A stretch of 64,000 bases of DNA from Cyanobacteria bacterium P01_D01_bin.156 (GCA_039024555.1 JBCCQQ010000001.1:320001-384000); one strand, 5' to 3'. Shown: positions 49,383 through 60,586, counted from the stretch's first letter. Notes: generated by a model from the letters alone, not told the origin. Program-made: numbers and translations.

Positions 49383-50339
49383 ATGAGCATATTGGTGGTT
49401 GGTGCAACGGGCACGCTAGGTCGTCAGATTGTACGCAATGCGTTAGATGAAGGATTTGACGTTAAGTGTCTTGTTCGTAACTTCCAAAAAGCGGCCTTTC
49501 TTAGGGAGTGGGGAGCCCAGCTAGTGCAGGCCAATATTTGCGGCCCTAAGTCTTTGCCTCCCTGCTTTGAAGATGTGACAGCGGTTATTGATGCAGCAAC
49601 TGCTCGTCCCCAAGATTCTGTTTACGATGTGGACTGGGATGGCAAAGTTAATCTAATCAAAGCCGCTCTCGAGGCCAATGTGGAGCGCTACGTATTTATC
49701 TCCATCCTTAACTGCGAGAAATACTCCCATGTGCCCCTGATGGATGTGAAGCACTGTACGGAGCAGTTTTTAGAAGAGTCAGGTATCAACTACACCATTT
49801 TGCGTCCCTGTGGTTTTTTGCAGGGTTTAATTGGCCAGTATGCTATTCCGGTACTAGAGAAGCAGGCCATCTGGGTCATGGGTGAAGCAGCTCCCATTGC
49901 CTACATGAACACCCAAGACATTGCTCGATTTGCCGTACGTTCACTGAAAGTCCCTGAAACCAATAAGCGTTCTTTTCCCCTAGCCGGTACCCGAGCTTGG
50001 GGTGGGTATGAACTGGTGCGTTTATGTGAGCGTTTGTCAGGGGAGGACGCTAAGGTATCAACCATGTCCCTAGGACTCCTGCGCGGTGTGCGTAACTTTG
50101 CTAACTTCTTTCAGTGGGGCTGGCAGTTTGCTGATCGCCTAGCCTTTGCAGAGGTCAGTGCTGGAAGTGACCCCCTGGATGCGGAAATGGACGAAGTTTA
50201 CAGCACCTTTGGCCTAGACAAAGCTGACATAACGACTGTGGAAGAGTATTTGGGTGAATACTTCAATCGCATTCTGAAGAAGCTCAAGGAGCTTGACTTT
50301 GAAAGCGGTCGTGAAAGCAAGAAGAAACTACCGTTTTAG
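49383..50339 (+). CDS. ycf39: Ycf39 SDR-family PSII assembly factor
   Basis: VVGATGTLGRQIV, FLREWGA, VDWDGKVNLI, QGLIGQYAIP and DRLAFAEV. Confidence 0.92.
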   Translation: MSILVVGATGTLGRQIVRNALDEGFDVKCLVRNFQKAAFLREWGAQLVQANICGPKSLPPCFEDVTAVIDAATARPQDSVYDVDWDGKVNLIKAALEANVERYVFISILNCEKYSHVPLMDVKHCTEQFLEESGINYTILRPCGFLQGLIGQYAIPVLEKQAIWVMGEAAPIAYMNTQDIARFAVRSLKVPETNKRSFPLAGTRAWGGYELVRLCERLSGEDAKVSTMSLGLLRGVRNFANFFQWGWQFADRLAFAEVSAGSDPLDAEMDEVYSTFGLDKADITTVEEYLGEYFNRILKKLKELDFESGRESKKKLPF

Positions 50340-50488
50340 AGTTTTGACTGAGTTAGCGGCATCGCTGATACTCAGTCTGACCGGGATAGCCATATGAATA
50401 GTGGAGGATTTGTCAGAGCACTCAAGTATAGGTTTCCTACTAAATTGCGCTAGGTCAACGAATTTTGGCCAGGCCCCAGAACCAGTCA

Positions 50489-50587
50489 CTCAGGGCTCTT
50501 CCAACTTTCACTAAAATCCTATGGGCAGAACAAACCGCCACCTTATGCCCATAGGGCAGGGAGCGTTTCAGGTAGAAAAGCCCTGAG
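50489..50587. repeat. Nested-hairpin dispersed repeat related to the 29033-29460 element
   Basis: Outer IR CTCAGGGCT/AGCCCTGAG and inner IR CCTATGGGCA/TGCCCATAGG. 50565-50586 matches 29436-29457 at 20 of 22 positions. Confidence 0.6.
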
Positions 50588-50695
50588 CAATCCTTTTTTT
50601 CATGTGCCAATCATATCAAGTAGGCTTGATGGAGATTGCTTCCAGCTACCAACTGTGGCTTGGAGTTCTGATTGTCCAGGTTTACACAATTATGT

Positions 50696-52192
50696 CTACA
50701 CAATTGGATAATTTGCTGTTTCAATCGGTAAAAAAACCATCCAAGTAACCCCACCAGGTCGTTCCCTCACGGTTAACTTAGCCCCCAGCGCCGTAAACAG
50801 AGCTTTGGTCGTTTGCAAGTTGAGACTCAATCCCCCCGTATCTGGTTGAAACATGAGCAATTTACCCAGGGCTTTGAGGGTGGGTCGATGTTGTTCGTAG
50901 GTAGAATTCACATCTGCCTGAAACTCAAGCTTTAGCTGATCACCAGCGGCCATTACATGGAGTTGAATTTCTCCCTTAGGGGCAACACTGTGAGTAAATA
51001 GCTCGACTAACCCCGTCAAGACTTGTTCTAGTAACGTGGGGTCGCTGGCCACCATGGGTAAGTCTTTGGGGAGTATGACCTTGATGTTCAGATTTCTGCG
51101 CGTAGCAGCCTGTTCCCATTTGGGAATCGCCAATTGAATAATTTCGGTGAGAGCAGTCGCCGTCAGAGCAGAACGTGGACCTTTATGGGCAGCCGCTTCT
51201 AGCTCAGCTGCCTTAAAAATTAAGTTAAAACGGTCAATTTGTTGTGTACAAGCATTATCAATTTGTTGAAGCCGCTGTTTTGCCTTTTCCACCAAATCTT
51301 TGCGGCGAATAAGGGAACGGGTGAGAGTTCGAATAGTGGTTAAGGGCGTACGAATTTCATGAGCCATTGCCTTAAGCAATTCAGTATCGAGGCCATGGGC
51401 TTCACCCCCACCGTTGTTAATAACTTGACTGGGAGAAACGATACGCTCGATAACTGTACTGGGTTTTGGTACGGGTAATGAGGACAGCATCCAGCGGCTA
51501 AACTGGCTGACAATACGATAATCCGGAGCCAGAGGGGCAAACATTTCCACCAGTGGATCGATAAAGTCAAGTTGTTTAGGATTGGTTAGCAGTATCCGAG
51601 AGCGCAACAGCTGCCAAACCTGGGTAATAACAGCGGGTGTAAACGAAAATTGAAATCGGAGCTCATCATCCGCATCCCGACCCAAGACAAGGACGAGGCT
51701 AAATCGTTCGGTCAATAGTAAACAAAATTGCTCTCCGGATAGAGGGTCTCCCCCAATCAGCGGCAATACGCGAGCTGCTGTGGTGTTGATGGGCGGTTTC
51801 TCATCCGCTGGCATCAGCTGGGAAAAGGCTTGGGAAAACTGGTCCAGCGGTGGTGGAATAAAGACCCAGTTAGACAACCGAATAGTTAATTCAGGAGACT
51901 CTACCACTGGGAAAGGGCCACTCAGCAGTAGACCAGTCGGCTCGGTTACAGTTCGGTGCGATCGCTTAGACCGACGGGAACAGCCTGTGGGCTGGGGCAT
52001 TGTTTGGTGGAGCAAATGACTCAGAGACGTGACTGCCCCTTGCCACTCCGCTTCGGCGCGCTCTGCCTGATACTTTTGATGGGATTCTCCATCAGCAATA
52101 TCAGAGTTCAGAATATTCCAGTCCGTCGCCTCGGCCCCAAGTTCTCCTAAGGCAACCAAACTACTAATTGTGGGTAAAAACTGCTCCACCAT
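50696..52192 (-). CDS. Hik2/CSK-type sensor histidine kinase
   Basis: H-box AHEIRTPLTTIRTL, GAF-like N-terminal region (EQFCLLLTERFSLVL), and a degenerate ATPase domain (LMFQPDTGGLSL). Confidence 0.85.
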   Translation of the reverse strand: MVEQFLPTISSLVALGELGAEATDWNILNSDIADGESHQKYQAERAEAEWQGAVTSLSHLLHQTMPQPTGCSRRSKRSHRTVTEPTGLLLSGPFPVVESPELTIRLSNWVFIPPPLDQFSQAFSQLMPADEKPPINTTAARVLPLIGGDPLSGEQFCLLLTERFSLVLVLGRDADDELRFQFSFTPAVITQVWQLLRSRILLTNPKQLDFIDPLVEMFAPLAPDYRIVSQFSRWMLSSLPVPKPSTVIERIVSPSQVINNGGGEAHGLDTELLKAMAHEIRTPLTTIRTLTRSLIRRKDLVEKAKQRLQQIDNACTQQIDRFNLIFKAAELEAAAHKGPRSALTATALTEIIQLAIPKWEQAATRRNLNIKVILPKDLPMVASDPTLLEQVLTGLVELFTHSVAPKGEIQLHVMAAGDQLKLEFQADVNSTYEQHRPTLKALGKLLMFQPDTGGLSLNLQTTKALFTALGAKLTVRERPGGVTWMVFLPIETANYPIV

Positions 52193-52462
52193 GGCCCCTA
52201 GATGTCTTGAGTTAGTGTTACCACGTATCAGTCGCTGGTGCTAAATGGCACAAACAATCGGTCTAACCATTGCTTTGCCCCAGTAACGCATCTATATAGA
52301 GACTACTGGTAACACTCCTACTCTGGCTATGGTGTAGAACCGAACGTTGCTAGGCTAAGTTCGCTCTACAAGACTGTCCGCTGGCTGAATTTGCAGGCCC
52401 ATAAAAAGACTGGTAAGCGCCATAGCACCTACCAGTCAGAGTAATAAGTTTTACCAGCTAGA

Positions 52463-52795
52463 CTAGCCAAACCATGTAGACGGAATTAATGCTTCAGCGG
52501 CAGTAGGCTGGGTCGATAATTTTTGAATACCCTGATGCACTAGCTGGCGCATTTGCTGATGTTGCTCAGCAGAATAACAACTTTTAGGAAGGTCTAGTGA
52601 ACAGGCACTATCTGTAACCGTCATGTAGCGTGCAGGTAAGCGACTAAGCACAAAGGTGGCTAGCCGATCTCTAGAATCTTCACTATTGATAATCTCCTGT
52701 TCCATGCTTCCATTGGCCAACACATCATCAATAATTTCGTTGACGACGGGTAGGGCAATGTTGATGATACTGTTGGCCATGGTGATGATCTCCAA
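52463..52795 (-). CDS. ComFB-family protein
   Basis: N...V..II, LATFVLSRLPARY core and a C-terminal PSTWFG. Confidence 0.7.
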   Translation of the reverse strand: MEIITMANSIINIALPVVNEIIDDVLANGSMEQEIINSEDSRDRLATFVLSRLPARYMTVTDSACSLDLPKSCYSAEQHQQMRQLVHQGIQKLSTQPTAAEALIPSTWFG

Positions 52796-53167
52796 TATTA
52801 GGCGATGTGAATAGTTATTTTCGTTGTCCTTATGGTGTAGAGCAGCTTAATTTAAGCGTTCTGAAGTCTTAAACACTTAAATTTTCCTTGCCAAAATATA
52901 AGAACAAAAAAGGACTAAAAAGATACATCAAACACCTAGGTATCTCTTTAGATGCAAATCGGGGATCGCTTTTATTTTAATGCTCCCCTCTTAAACTATT
53001 GCCATTTTTCACGACGATCAAACACGATCAACTCATCTTTAAGGAACACTAAATATTTGTGTCAAAGGTAAAGTTGAATGTGAGCACTTTAATAAATAGT
53101 GATTAACATCCACCAAAAACTTTTGATTTTATAGTTTGGTGTGGGCATATTTAGTAACTTGATAGCA

Positions 53168-53689
53168 ATGCAACTGTTAATTTGCCCTGGGTATCACTCT
53201 ACCGATTTAACCAACTCATTTGTGCGTTGTTTGCAGCGTCAGATTTCACCTCATCACATATGGCTTTGGCCATCTGGGCAAATGTGGGATGTTAACTCAT
53301 CCTGTTTTTTGTACAAGAGGGAGCGAAAACCGGAACAAAATACTTTGCTGCAGATTATTGCCTTTAGTGCTGGTGTCGTTGTGGCCTATCCCATAGCCAT
53401 GTTCTGGCAACGCCTAGGGGGGCAAGTGCGTTTGTTAGCGCTGGATGGGTGGGGGATGCCCTTGATAGGCAATCTTGAAATTTATCGTATGAGCCACGAC
53501 CTATGGACCCATAGGACAACATACTTGCCAGCGCCCACAGAAAGTAACGGTTTTTTCTATGCCACGCCGACAGTTGAGCACTTATCTCTTTGGCAATCAC
53601 CCCATGCAACCATTGGGATGGGAGCCATTAACGGCAGTGAACAAGCAATGACCGCTTTAGATTTTATTACAGCGGTTTTAAACAGCTGA
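53168..53689 (+). CDS. Conserved hypothetical protein, alpha/beta-hydrolase-like
   Basis: LICPGYH, IAFSAGVV, ALDGWG and SHDLWTH. The start is ATG 53168 or GTG 53141. Confidence 0.65.
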   Translation: MQLLICPGYHSTDLTNSFVRCLQRQISPHHIWLWPSGQMWDVNSSCFLYKRERKPEQNTLLQIIAFSAGVVVAYPIAMFWQRLGGQVRLLALDGWGMPLIGNLEIYRMSHDLWTHRTTYLPAPTESNGFFYATPTVEHLSLWQSPHATIGMGAINGSEQAMTALDFITAVLNS

Positions 53690-53970
53690 GCATGACTACG
53701 GTTCCATCCAAATCTGCTACTAAATAGAAACGTGTCATGGATAGATGACGAAATTCATAACTTTTGTCTATGAAAATAAAAAAATACGGGAATTTTGAAG
53801 GCAGATATCTACTCTAAGACCTGGCTATAGCAGCCTGTTTTAGGCAATCAGCTTGAGCCTGCGAGAAAACCGGATTTCTTAAAGTTTGTCCAATCCTTTA
53901 GTGTCTAATTGTAAAATAGACGACTATTATCACGGTTTCCGTTTCCCGACCTGTCTCATTCATCACTGCT

Positions 53971-55818
53971 ATGACTTCAACGTCTGTAAAGCCTGCGGCT
54001 AAGGCAAACTTGGCTCTTCAACGAGCGACCGGTGCGTTTGCGTTAATTGACAGCCTGGTGCGCCACGGTGTTCAGCATGTGTTTGGCTATCCTGGAGGGG
54101 CGATTCTGCCGGTTTATGACGAGCTATATAAGGCAGAAGAGCGGGGAGATATTGAGCACATTTTGGTGCGCCACGAACAAGCGGCATCCCATGCAGCGGA
54201 TGGCTATGCTCGCGCCACTGGAAAAGTAGGCGTGTGTATTGCCACCTCTGGTCCGGGTGCCACTAACTTAGTAACAGGCATTGCGACGGCCCAGATGGAT
54301 TCAGTGCCAATGGTGGCCATTACAGGTCAGGTAACCCGCAAAGCTATTGGCAGTGATGCCTTTCAGGAAACCGATATATTTGGCATCACCCTACCTATTG
54401 TGAAACACTCCTATGTGGTGCGGGACCCACGACACATGGCTGAAATTGTGGCCGAGGCGTTTTACATTGCCCAGTCTGGTCGCCCCGGTCCAGTGTTGAT
54501 TGATGTCCCTAAGGATGTGGGTCTAGAAGAGTTTGACTACTTGCCAGTAGAGCCCCAGTCCATTGCAATTCCTGGGTATAAGCCCACCACTAAGGGGAAT
54601 CCTCGTCAGATTGTTAATGCGATCGCACTCCTGCAGCAGGCTAAAAAGCCGTTACTTTACGTTGGTGGTGGCGCCGTTATTTCCGGTGCCCATGCTGAAA
54701 TCGCTCAACTGGCTGAGCATTTCCAAATCCCAGTGACTAACACTCTGATGGGTAAGGGAGCCTTTGACGAACAGAATTCTCTTTCCGTTGGCATGTTAGG
54801 GATGCATGGTACCGCCTACGCTAACTTTGCCGTCAGTGAATGTGATCTATTGGTAGCGATTGGAGCACGATTTGATGATCGGGTAGCCAGTAATTTGGAG
54901 CTATTTGCCCAGCACGCTCGGGTCATTCACATTGATATCGACCCAGCAGAAGTGGGCAAGTGTAAAGTACCTGATGTGCCCATCGTGGGCGATGTCAAAA
55001 CTGTATTGACTGAGCTACTAACGCGTCTGGGTGCCCCTACTGACCCAGCTCAGACCGGTGCATGGCGTGCTCGCATTGACCAGTGGAAAACAGACTACCC
55101 TTTAAGGGTGCCTACTTACAGCGATAAGCTATCGCCACAGCAGGTAATTGCAGAAGTAGGCCGTCATGCCCCCGATGCCTTTTACACCACGGATGTAGGA
55201 CAGCATCAAATGTGGGCAGCTCAGTTTTTGCAAAATGGTCCCCGTAAGTGGATTTCGAGTGCGGGACTTGGCACCATGGGCTACGGTTTGCCTGCCGCCA
55301 TGGGCGCTCAGATGGGTGTAGGTGATAACCAAGTGATTTGTATCAGCGGCGATGCCAGTTTCCAAATGAACCTGCAGGAGCTGGCCACCCTAGCCCAGTA
55401 CAACATAAAGGTAAAAACTGTCATCGTTAATAACGGTTGGCAAGGGATGGTTCGTCAGTGGCAACAAGGGTTCTATGGTGAGCGCTATGCGTCTTCTAAT
55501 ATGGAAGTGGGCATGCCGGACTTTGAAAAGCTGGCAGAGGCATTTGGAGTGAAAGGTGTTGTTGTCAAGGAGCCAGGGCAGTTAGATCAGGCAATTGCTG
55601 AGATGGTAGCCCATGATGGTCCCGTATTGTTGGATGTGTGGGTGCGTCGGGATGAGAATTGTTATCCTATGGTGCCACCCGGCAACAACAACTCTCAGAT
55701 GGTTGGTTTGCCAGAACCTGCAACCAAGCGTCCGGTAGAGGTGATTCATTGCAGCAACTGTGGCGCAGATAACAAAGCGAGCCACAAGTTTTGTTCTGAG
55801 TGTGGGACGAAATTATAG
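53971..55818 (+). CDS. ilvB: Acetolactate synthase large subunit with C-terminal zinc ribbon
   Basis: [43 protein letters not shown] and GDASFQMN; tail CSNC...CSEC. Confidence 0.96.
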   Translation: MTSTSVKPAAKANLALQRATGAFALIDSLVRHGVQHVFGYPGGAILPVYDELYKAEERGDIEHILVRHEQAASHAADGYARATGKVGVCIATSGPGATNLVTGIATAQMDSVPMVAITGQVTRKAIGSDAFQETDIFGITLPIVKHSYVVRDPRHMAEIVAEAFYIAQSGRPGPVLIDVPKDVGLEEFDYLPVEPQSIAIPGYKPTTKGNPRQIVNAIALLQQAKKPLLYVGGGAVISGAHAEIAQLAEHFQIPVTNTLMGKGAFDEQNSLSVGMLGMHGTAYANFAVSECDLLVAIGARFDDRVASNLELFAQHARVIHIDIDPAEVGKCKVPDVPIVGDVKTVLTELLTRLGAPTDPAQTGAWRARIDQWKTDYPLRVPTYSDKLSPQQVIAEVGRHAPDAFYTTDVGQHQMWAAQFLQNGPRKWISSAGLGTMGYGLPAAMGAQMGVGDNQVICISGDASFQMNLQELATLAQYNIKVKTVIVNNGWQGMVRQWQQGFYGERYASSNMEVGMPDFEKLAEAFGVKGVVVKEPGQLDQAIAEMVAHDGPVLLDVWVRRDENCYPMVPPGNNNSQMVGLPEPATKRPVEVIHCSNCGADNKASHKFCSECGTKL

Positions 55819-55820
55819 GT

Positions 55821-55875
55821 TTCAATAAACTAGGCAATAATTCTGTACCCAAAGGTAATTGCCTAGTTTATTGAA
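55821..55875. terminator. Long inverted repeat immediately after ilvB
   Basis: Perfect 18-bp arms TTCAATAAACTAGGCAAT / ATTGCCTAGTTTATTGAA with a 19-nt spacer. Confidence 0.6.
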
Positions 55876-55914
55876 CTACTAACCAATACTTTGGCCATCT
55901 TGGATAAGAATGTG

Positions 55915-56465
55915 TCGTTTGGGCTGGCCTAGTTGAATATCGGCAATCTTAAACCCAGGTAGGTTGATCCACACCTGATTACGACTGCTGGAGAGCATTA
56001 AAGTCGAGGATGAAGCTGAGTCAATGCCACCGCCCAATGTCGATGGACTCACAAAGGCACAAATCTCTGCATAGATTTGTGAGATAACTCCATCAAGTGG
56101 TACAACAGCTTGGGTATCTTGTAGTTTTGCCTCAACACTTTGTAGTGTGCCTTGGGCGGACTGTACCTGCCCTCGGGCCTGATTAATCTCCTCAATACGT
56201 TTGCCAGCCCTCGCACAGCGACTGCTTGACGCTGTTGTTACCCCGTGCAGCGGCTTGTTCTACCTGTTCTGAACGGGCGCACCTGCAGTTTGTAACGCTA
56301 GAGCTTCTTCAGCTTCTGTGGCCTGAGATCGAGCAACATCGCGATCCGTACGGTTTTTGGTCTAACTCTTTTTTGGAAATAGCCCCCGCAGTATAAAGGT
56401 CTTTGTAGCGAGACCAGCTGTTTGTTTACTGTCGTAATGTGGCCTGGGTTTGTTCTAGCCGGGTA
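55915..56465 (-). pseudogene. Degraded HlyD/RND-family periplasmic adaptor (membrane fusion protein) fragment
   Basis: Hand translation gives RLEQTQATLRQ*...RYKDLYTAGAISKKELDQ, then frameshifts, then RIEEINQARGQVQSAQG...LQDTQAVVPLDGVISQIYAE..AFVSP...IADIQLGQP. It has a stop codon, frameshifts and no termini. Confidence 0.8.
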
Positions 56466-56706
56466 GTGACTTATTAATCAGCTTAATTATTTGCAGACGT
56501 CAACTAGGTAGTGAGTCGATGTTCGATGGCGGTGAGCTGCGTTGTGAACTCTTGTCAATCGGCGCTCTTGGGTTGTGCTGCTGAAGTCAAAAGACCTGAG
56601 TGTGTTAGGGTGAGCTAGTAATCCAAGGCTGGGTAGCATGCTGTTAGTTTGAGCGCAAGGGCGCATGCTACCTGTTGGTTGCCTATGCTTTGCTATAGAG
56701 GTGATC

Positions 56707-56898
56707 ATGGTGGACAAAGCTTTGGTATTTGAGAAAGCCGTTGCAGCTTACCAAGAAAGTTGTAAGCGAAATGATCTTGCTTTTGAGCAGCCTAGCGAAG
56801 AGCACTCTAATCTGATTCACGATGTTATGTATCTAAGGGTTAGTCCAGGCAGCTATGTGGCTAAGTATGATGTTCGGCGGCAGCGAGTGCTTGGATAG
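56707..56898 (+). CDS. Small hypothetical protein (63 aa)
   Basis: GAGGTG RBS before ATG 56707; followed by a terminator-like hairpin. Confidence 0.65.
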   Translation: MVDKALVFEKAVAAYQESCKRNDLAFEQPSEEHSNLIHDVMYLRVSPGSYVAKYDVRRQRVLG

Positions 56899-56918
56899 CT
56901 AGAGTCTTGCCGTTTAGC

Positions 56919-56954
56919 GCGAAAGCTCCTGATGTATATGTCAGGAGCTTTCGC
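56919..56954. terminator. Hairpin between convergent genes
   Basis: 14-bp IR GCGAAAGCTCCTGA / TCAGGAGCTTTCGC. Confidence 0.7.
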
Positions 56955-56998
56955 ATATGTTAAAAAATTGATTTGAGATCCCTGGTTACCTTAGTGAA

Positions 56999-58141
56999 CT
57001 ACATTTTCCCTAGGCGAGCGCCTTTGTAGAAGTGGGTAAGAATATCATCGTAGTCGTGGCCCTGGTATGCCATGCCGCGGGCTCCCCATTGACTCATACC
57101 AATGCCATGGCCAAATCCATTACCTGACACTGTAATGCCAGTGGGAGTTACGGCTAAATCAAATTTAGTGCTACGCAAACCTAACTTTTGACGGAAGGTA
57201 TTGCCAGTGACGGTAAGAGTACCTTCATCACCAATAATGCTCATGCGTTTTGCCCGACCCTGGGGACTACGACTGAGCACTTCTACTGCTTCGATGGTAC
57301 CGGGGTAACCGATACGTTCTCCAACTTCTTCTAGGGAAAAGGCAGACTGCCAACTATAAACGGGCGCACTATGGTCAAAATCAGGAACACCGCGCAGATA
57401 GGGAACTGCCTTTGACCAGACATGCTCTGAATTTTCGGTGTGGCCGCCGGAAGATGAATGGAAGACAGCTTCAATCACACGACCGCCATGGATAAGAACT
57501 TTACCGCTAGTGGCGTCTACTGCTGATTGGGTAGAGGGAGCTTCTTGCTGAATGCCTTTATACACTTGGGAAAGTTGGGTGTTGCTGAGATCAAAGGAGC
57601 GGCCCCTGGCTTTCCGCTGATGGTAAAGGGCATAGGACCGGGCGGCAATCGCTTGCGATCGCAGTGCTTCCTGAGGCCAGCTAGTGGGCATTTCACTACC
57701 AACGACGCTGTAGAGATAGTCGTCAATATCAACGTAGTTAATGGCAGTAACTCCGTTTTCGCTGGGAATCAGTTTGACCCGACCGCGATACCAGCGATCA
57801 CCAATCCACACAAATCCATTGTCAGACGGTTCTAACCAAAAGGTGTTGGCCTGGCCAGACCGTCCACTATAATCACTCAGCTCCAAACGTCCACGAGTTT
57901 CATCAACGCTGACGGGCTCTAATTCTGAGAGTTGCATCACCGTTTGTCCACGGCTGTCGCGCACAGTGCCCGGAGTAGAGCTACCAATTTGTACCTGCTG
58001 GGCGTCGTTGCGAATAGCAACCCTAAGCTCGAGGGCTTGAGCGGGTACCAGCCAGAGCAACCAGAGCAATGCACCCCACCAGCTACGGCGGGCCAGTCGT
58101 GCTATTAAGTTCCAGGAAAAAGAAGTCGTCATGGCAAACAT
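56999..58141 (-). CDS. SpoIID/LytB domain lytic transglycosylase-like protein
   Basis: YLYSVVGSEMP, QAIAARSYAL, QVYKG, FHSSSGGHTE and GFGHGIGMSQWGA. Confidence 0.93.
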   Translation of the reverse strand: MFAMTTSFSWNLIARLARRSWWGALLWLLWLVPAQALELRVAIRNDAQQVQIGSSTPGTVRDSRGQTVMQLSELEPVSVDETRGRLELSDYSGRSGQANTFWLEPSDNGFVWIGDRWYRGRVKLIPSENGVTAINYVDIDDYLYSVVGSEMPTSWPQEALRSQAIAARSYALYHQRKARGRSFDLSNTQLSQVYKGIQQEAPSTQSAVDATSGKVLIHGGRVIEAVFHSSSGGHTENSEHVWSKAVPYLRGVPDFDHSAPVYSWQSAFSLEEVGERIGYPGTIEAVEVLSRSPQGRAKRMSIIGDEGTLTVTGNTFRQKLGLRSTKFDLAVTPTGITVSGNGFGHGIGMSQWGARGMAYQGHDYDDILTHFYKGARLGKM

Positions 58142-58307
58142 CAGAAATGGGGGCGACCTAGCCTAGAGTTCCCAGGGGTATGGGATACCGTTTCAGAATA
58201 ATGTCTACAGGGATGTGTGCCAATTGACATGTGCCAGTTTGCGAACGGGATTCGCCACGCATAATACACCTTGGCTCGAATGAAGCACAACCGAACTGTA
58301 AGGCAGC

Positions 58308-59666
58308 TTACAAAAGTTTTGCAGATTCGTACAAACGTCGCACAGTGGCCATAATCTTTTCACCATAGTTAGGGTCCACTGACCAGCGTCCGCTCAGCTG
58401 ATCCACAAAAACAGCGCTACCGCGACTAATAAATCGAAAGCGTGGATCTACCAATTCTTGCACTAGAGGTTCTTTGCTGGCGTACCCTTTGAGCCGTTGA
58501 ATGTGGGCACGCACCCCTAAACGAGCGCTGGGAAATGAAGCTCCTTCGGGCGGATTGCCAATAGTCCCCAGACTAGCAAAGTTATTTTGGGAGGGCTTCA
58601 CATTGCCACCAAACCGCAGGAATGAGGTTTCCACACACATTTGACAAAAGGCGATGTCCCAATTGACGCCTTCCTTATAGCCCTCTTCGCGATAGATTTT
58701 GTGGATGTCGGGAAAGTCCTGCAGTGCTTTATCGTTGTTGCTCTTGAGAAACATCAGCAGGTTCACTGGCGACGCATTGCCGTGTTTCATAATTTGGTCA
58801 ATGAGACCGGGACAAATGGCTAAGGCTGACTGGGTTTTTAGCTGGACAGTACGGGTAGCCGCCTCCCAGCCAATGGAAATATTAAAGTCTCGCAGATCTA
58901 CGGTTTTGACATAAACAATGTTGCCGTACCGCACACGCTTAATATCGTCTTTGTCAGATAGGTCAATCCCCAAGCTATCGACTAAATCGATGGGCAAATA
59001 GGAGTTGTTGTTTACAACAATGCCTTTTTCATCGTAAAGCCCTCCATTAATGGTGATATTGACCGTGGGAAAGTCAGTTTGGGGCGTGGTTGGAGGGGCT
59101 CCACTAACACGACGGCTCCAGGTGGCTAAACCATCCGCCAACCCAATTGCAAAGTCACGGCGGCGAGTAGTGAGTAGATTGCGATCTCGCTCATTGGTCA
59201 GATAAGCCACTTCCATCAATAAGGAAGCAGGTTCCACCTGGCGGCAAAAGGCCAAACGCCCCATTCCAGCTGATGTGTCTGGAAGAGCACCGCGGCTAGG
59301 TAATGGCTGAACTCGCCGCATTAGGGCCAAAATCATCAGTTCAGCATCAGCTTTACGGACTTCGTTCTTGGCAATGTAGTATGCCGTAATACCCCGGGTC
59401 TCAGGATTTTGAAACGCGCCTGCATGGATCTCGAGAGCGACGTCACCGGGACGATTACGAGCATTAATCCAGCGGATGCTGTCCTGTAGACTCAGGTCGT
59501 CCGGTACAGAAAGCACAGTTAGATTTCGTGATCTCAACTCCGGCACAATCAGGTCCCGGAGGCGCATCATTTCCTGAGCTTCCGTGAGTCCGCCCACCCT
59601 CACACCAGAGTCTTGGATCTGATTTTCAAATCCACCGTGGCCTGCTGAGATGAAAATTTGTGCCAT
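58308..59666 (-). CDS. N-acetylmuramoyl-L-alanine amidase with glucosaminidase-like domain (TftA-like)
   Basis: IFISAGHGG, ALEIH and LLMEVAY (Amidase_3); C-terminal DIAFCQMCVET, NNFASLG, AHIQRLK and DPRF. Confidence 0.88.
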   Translation of the reverse strand: MAQIFISAGHGGFENQIQDSGVRVGGLTEAQEMMRLRDLIVPELRSRNLTVLSVPDDLSLQDSIRWINARNRPGDVALEIHAGAFQNPETRGITAYYIAKNEVRKADAELMILALMRRVQPLPSRGALPDTSAGMGRLAFCRQVEPASLLMEVAYLTNERDRNLLTTRRRDFAIGLADGLATWSRRVSGAPPTTPQTDFPTVNITINGGLYDEKGIVVNNNSYLPIDLVDSLGIDLSDKDDIKRVRYGNIVYVKTVDLRDFNISIGWEAATRTVQLKTQSALAICPGLIDQIMKHGNASPVNLLMFLKSNNDKALQDFPDIHKIYREEGYKEGVNWDIAFCQMCVETSFLRFGGNVKPSQNNFASLGTIGNPPEGASFPSARLGVRAHIQRLKGYASKEPLVQELVDPRFRFISRGSAVFVDQLSGRWSVDPNYGEKIMATVRRLYESAKLL

Positions 59667-60358
59667 AAAGCCCTGTAAAGCTTACTCGTCAAGACATGTT
59701 CCTAATTTCCCCGCAAGGATACATCAATTTCTTGATATATGGGAATGGCAAGTGTCGCCAACGCCATGTAATTCTTGTCTGTAGTTGCTTATAAGCTACA
59801 GACCTAGGACAACATCCGTATAGTGCAGCTGAAGGATTTTGGATGAGATTGCGATAGCTGCTGAAAGTTAGTTGCTAAAAGGCAACCCTTGGCAGAATAG
59901 CAGTACTTGGAAAAACTCTTATAAAAATGCGAACTGGCACCAATTTTAAGAAGTTGCAAAAGAGCATCAAAAAACTACGTCAAAAACATTAAAAACGATT
60001 TCATTTCAAGGCTTAATGTTGGAAAATCTATGATTTCTAACGTGTGAGACATCCTGTTCTATTCGCTTGCATCCTAGATTTTATTGATAAGTATGTATTC
60101 AAAACATTAAGCAATATAGCAAGCAGCGCTTTATTAACAATCCTCATTTATCTTAGTGATCAATACCCAGTCACAGGGCTTGTTCCTGCTCATCATCCAA
60201 ACATTTGCTCATACATAAGAAATGTATCGCATTAATGATGTATGACATAGTTTTCTCTTTAGAGATAACGTTCTAGTTCTACGAACAGAGCTCGCATAGG
60301 GTTAACGTCTAGTCAAATTATTGACTAACCCTTTTTAGGCAGTACGGGAGGTTTAGTT

Positions 60359-60535
60359 GTGGTTACGGAAACACGAACCGTTGTTATTCAACCTGAAGCA
60401 ATGGTTACAACAAACAACCCCAGGCAAGATACTGTTACATCTTATTTAGGCATCGGGGTATTAGCCTATGTCTTGCTCTTATACGCTTTCGCACCTAGGA
60501 GTAGGTACCCTGAACGACATAAGAACTCTTTGTGA
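60359..60535 (+). CDS. Putative 58-aa single-pass membrane protein (below the ORF-track cutoff)
   Basis: GGGAGG (60346-60351), then GTG, giving MVTETRTVVIQPEAMVTTNNPRQDTVTSYLGIGVLAYVLLLYAFAPRSRYPERHKNSL*. Confidence 0.5.
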   Translation: MVTETRTVVIQPEAMVTTNNPRQDTVTSYLGIGVLAYVLLLYAFAPRSRYPERHKNSL

Positions 60536-60586
60536 CGATCACGCGAAACAGAGTGCAACTTCTTGTCTCAAAAATTTTTTGTAGAA

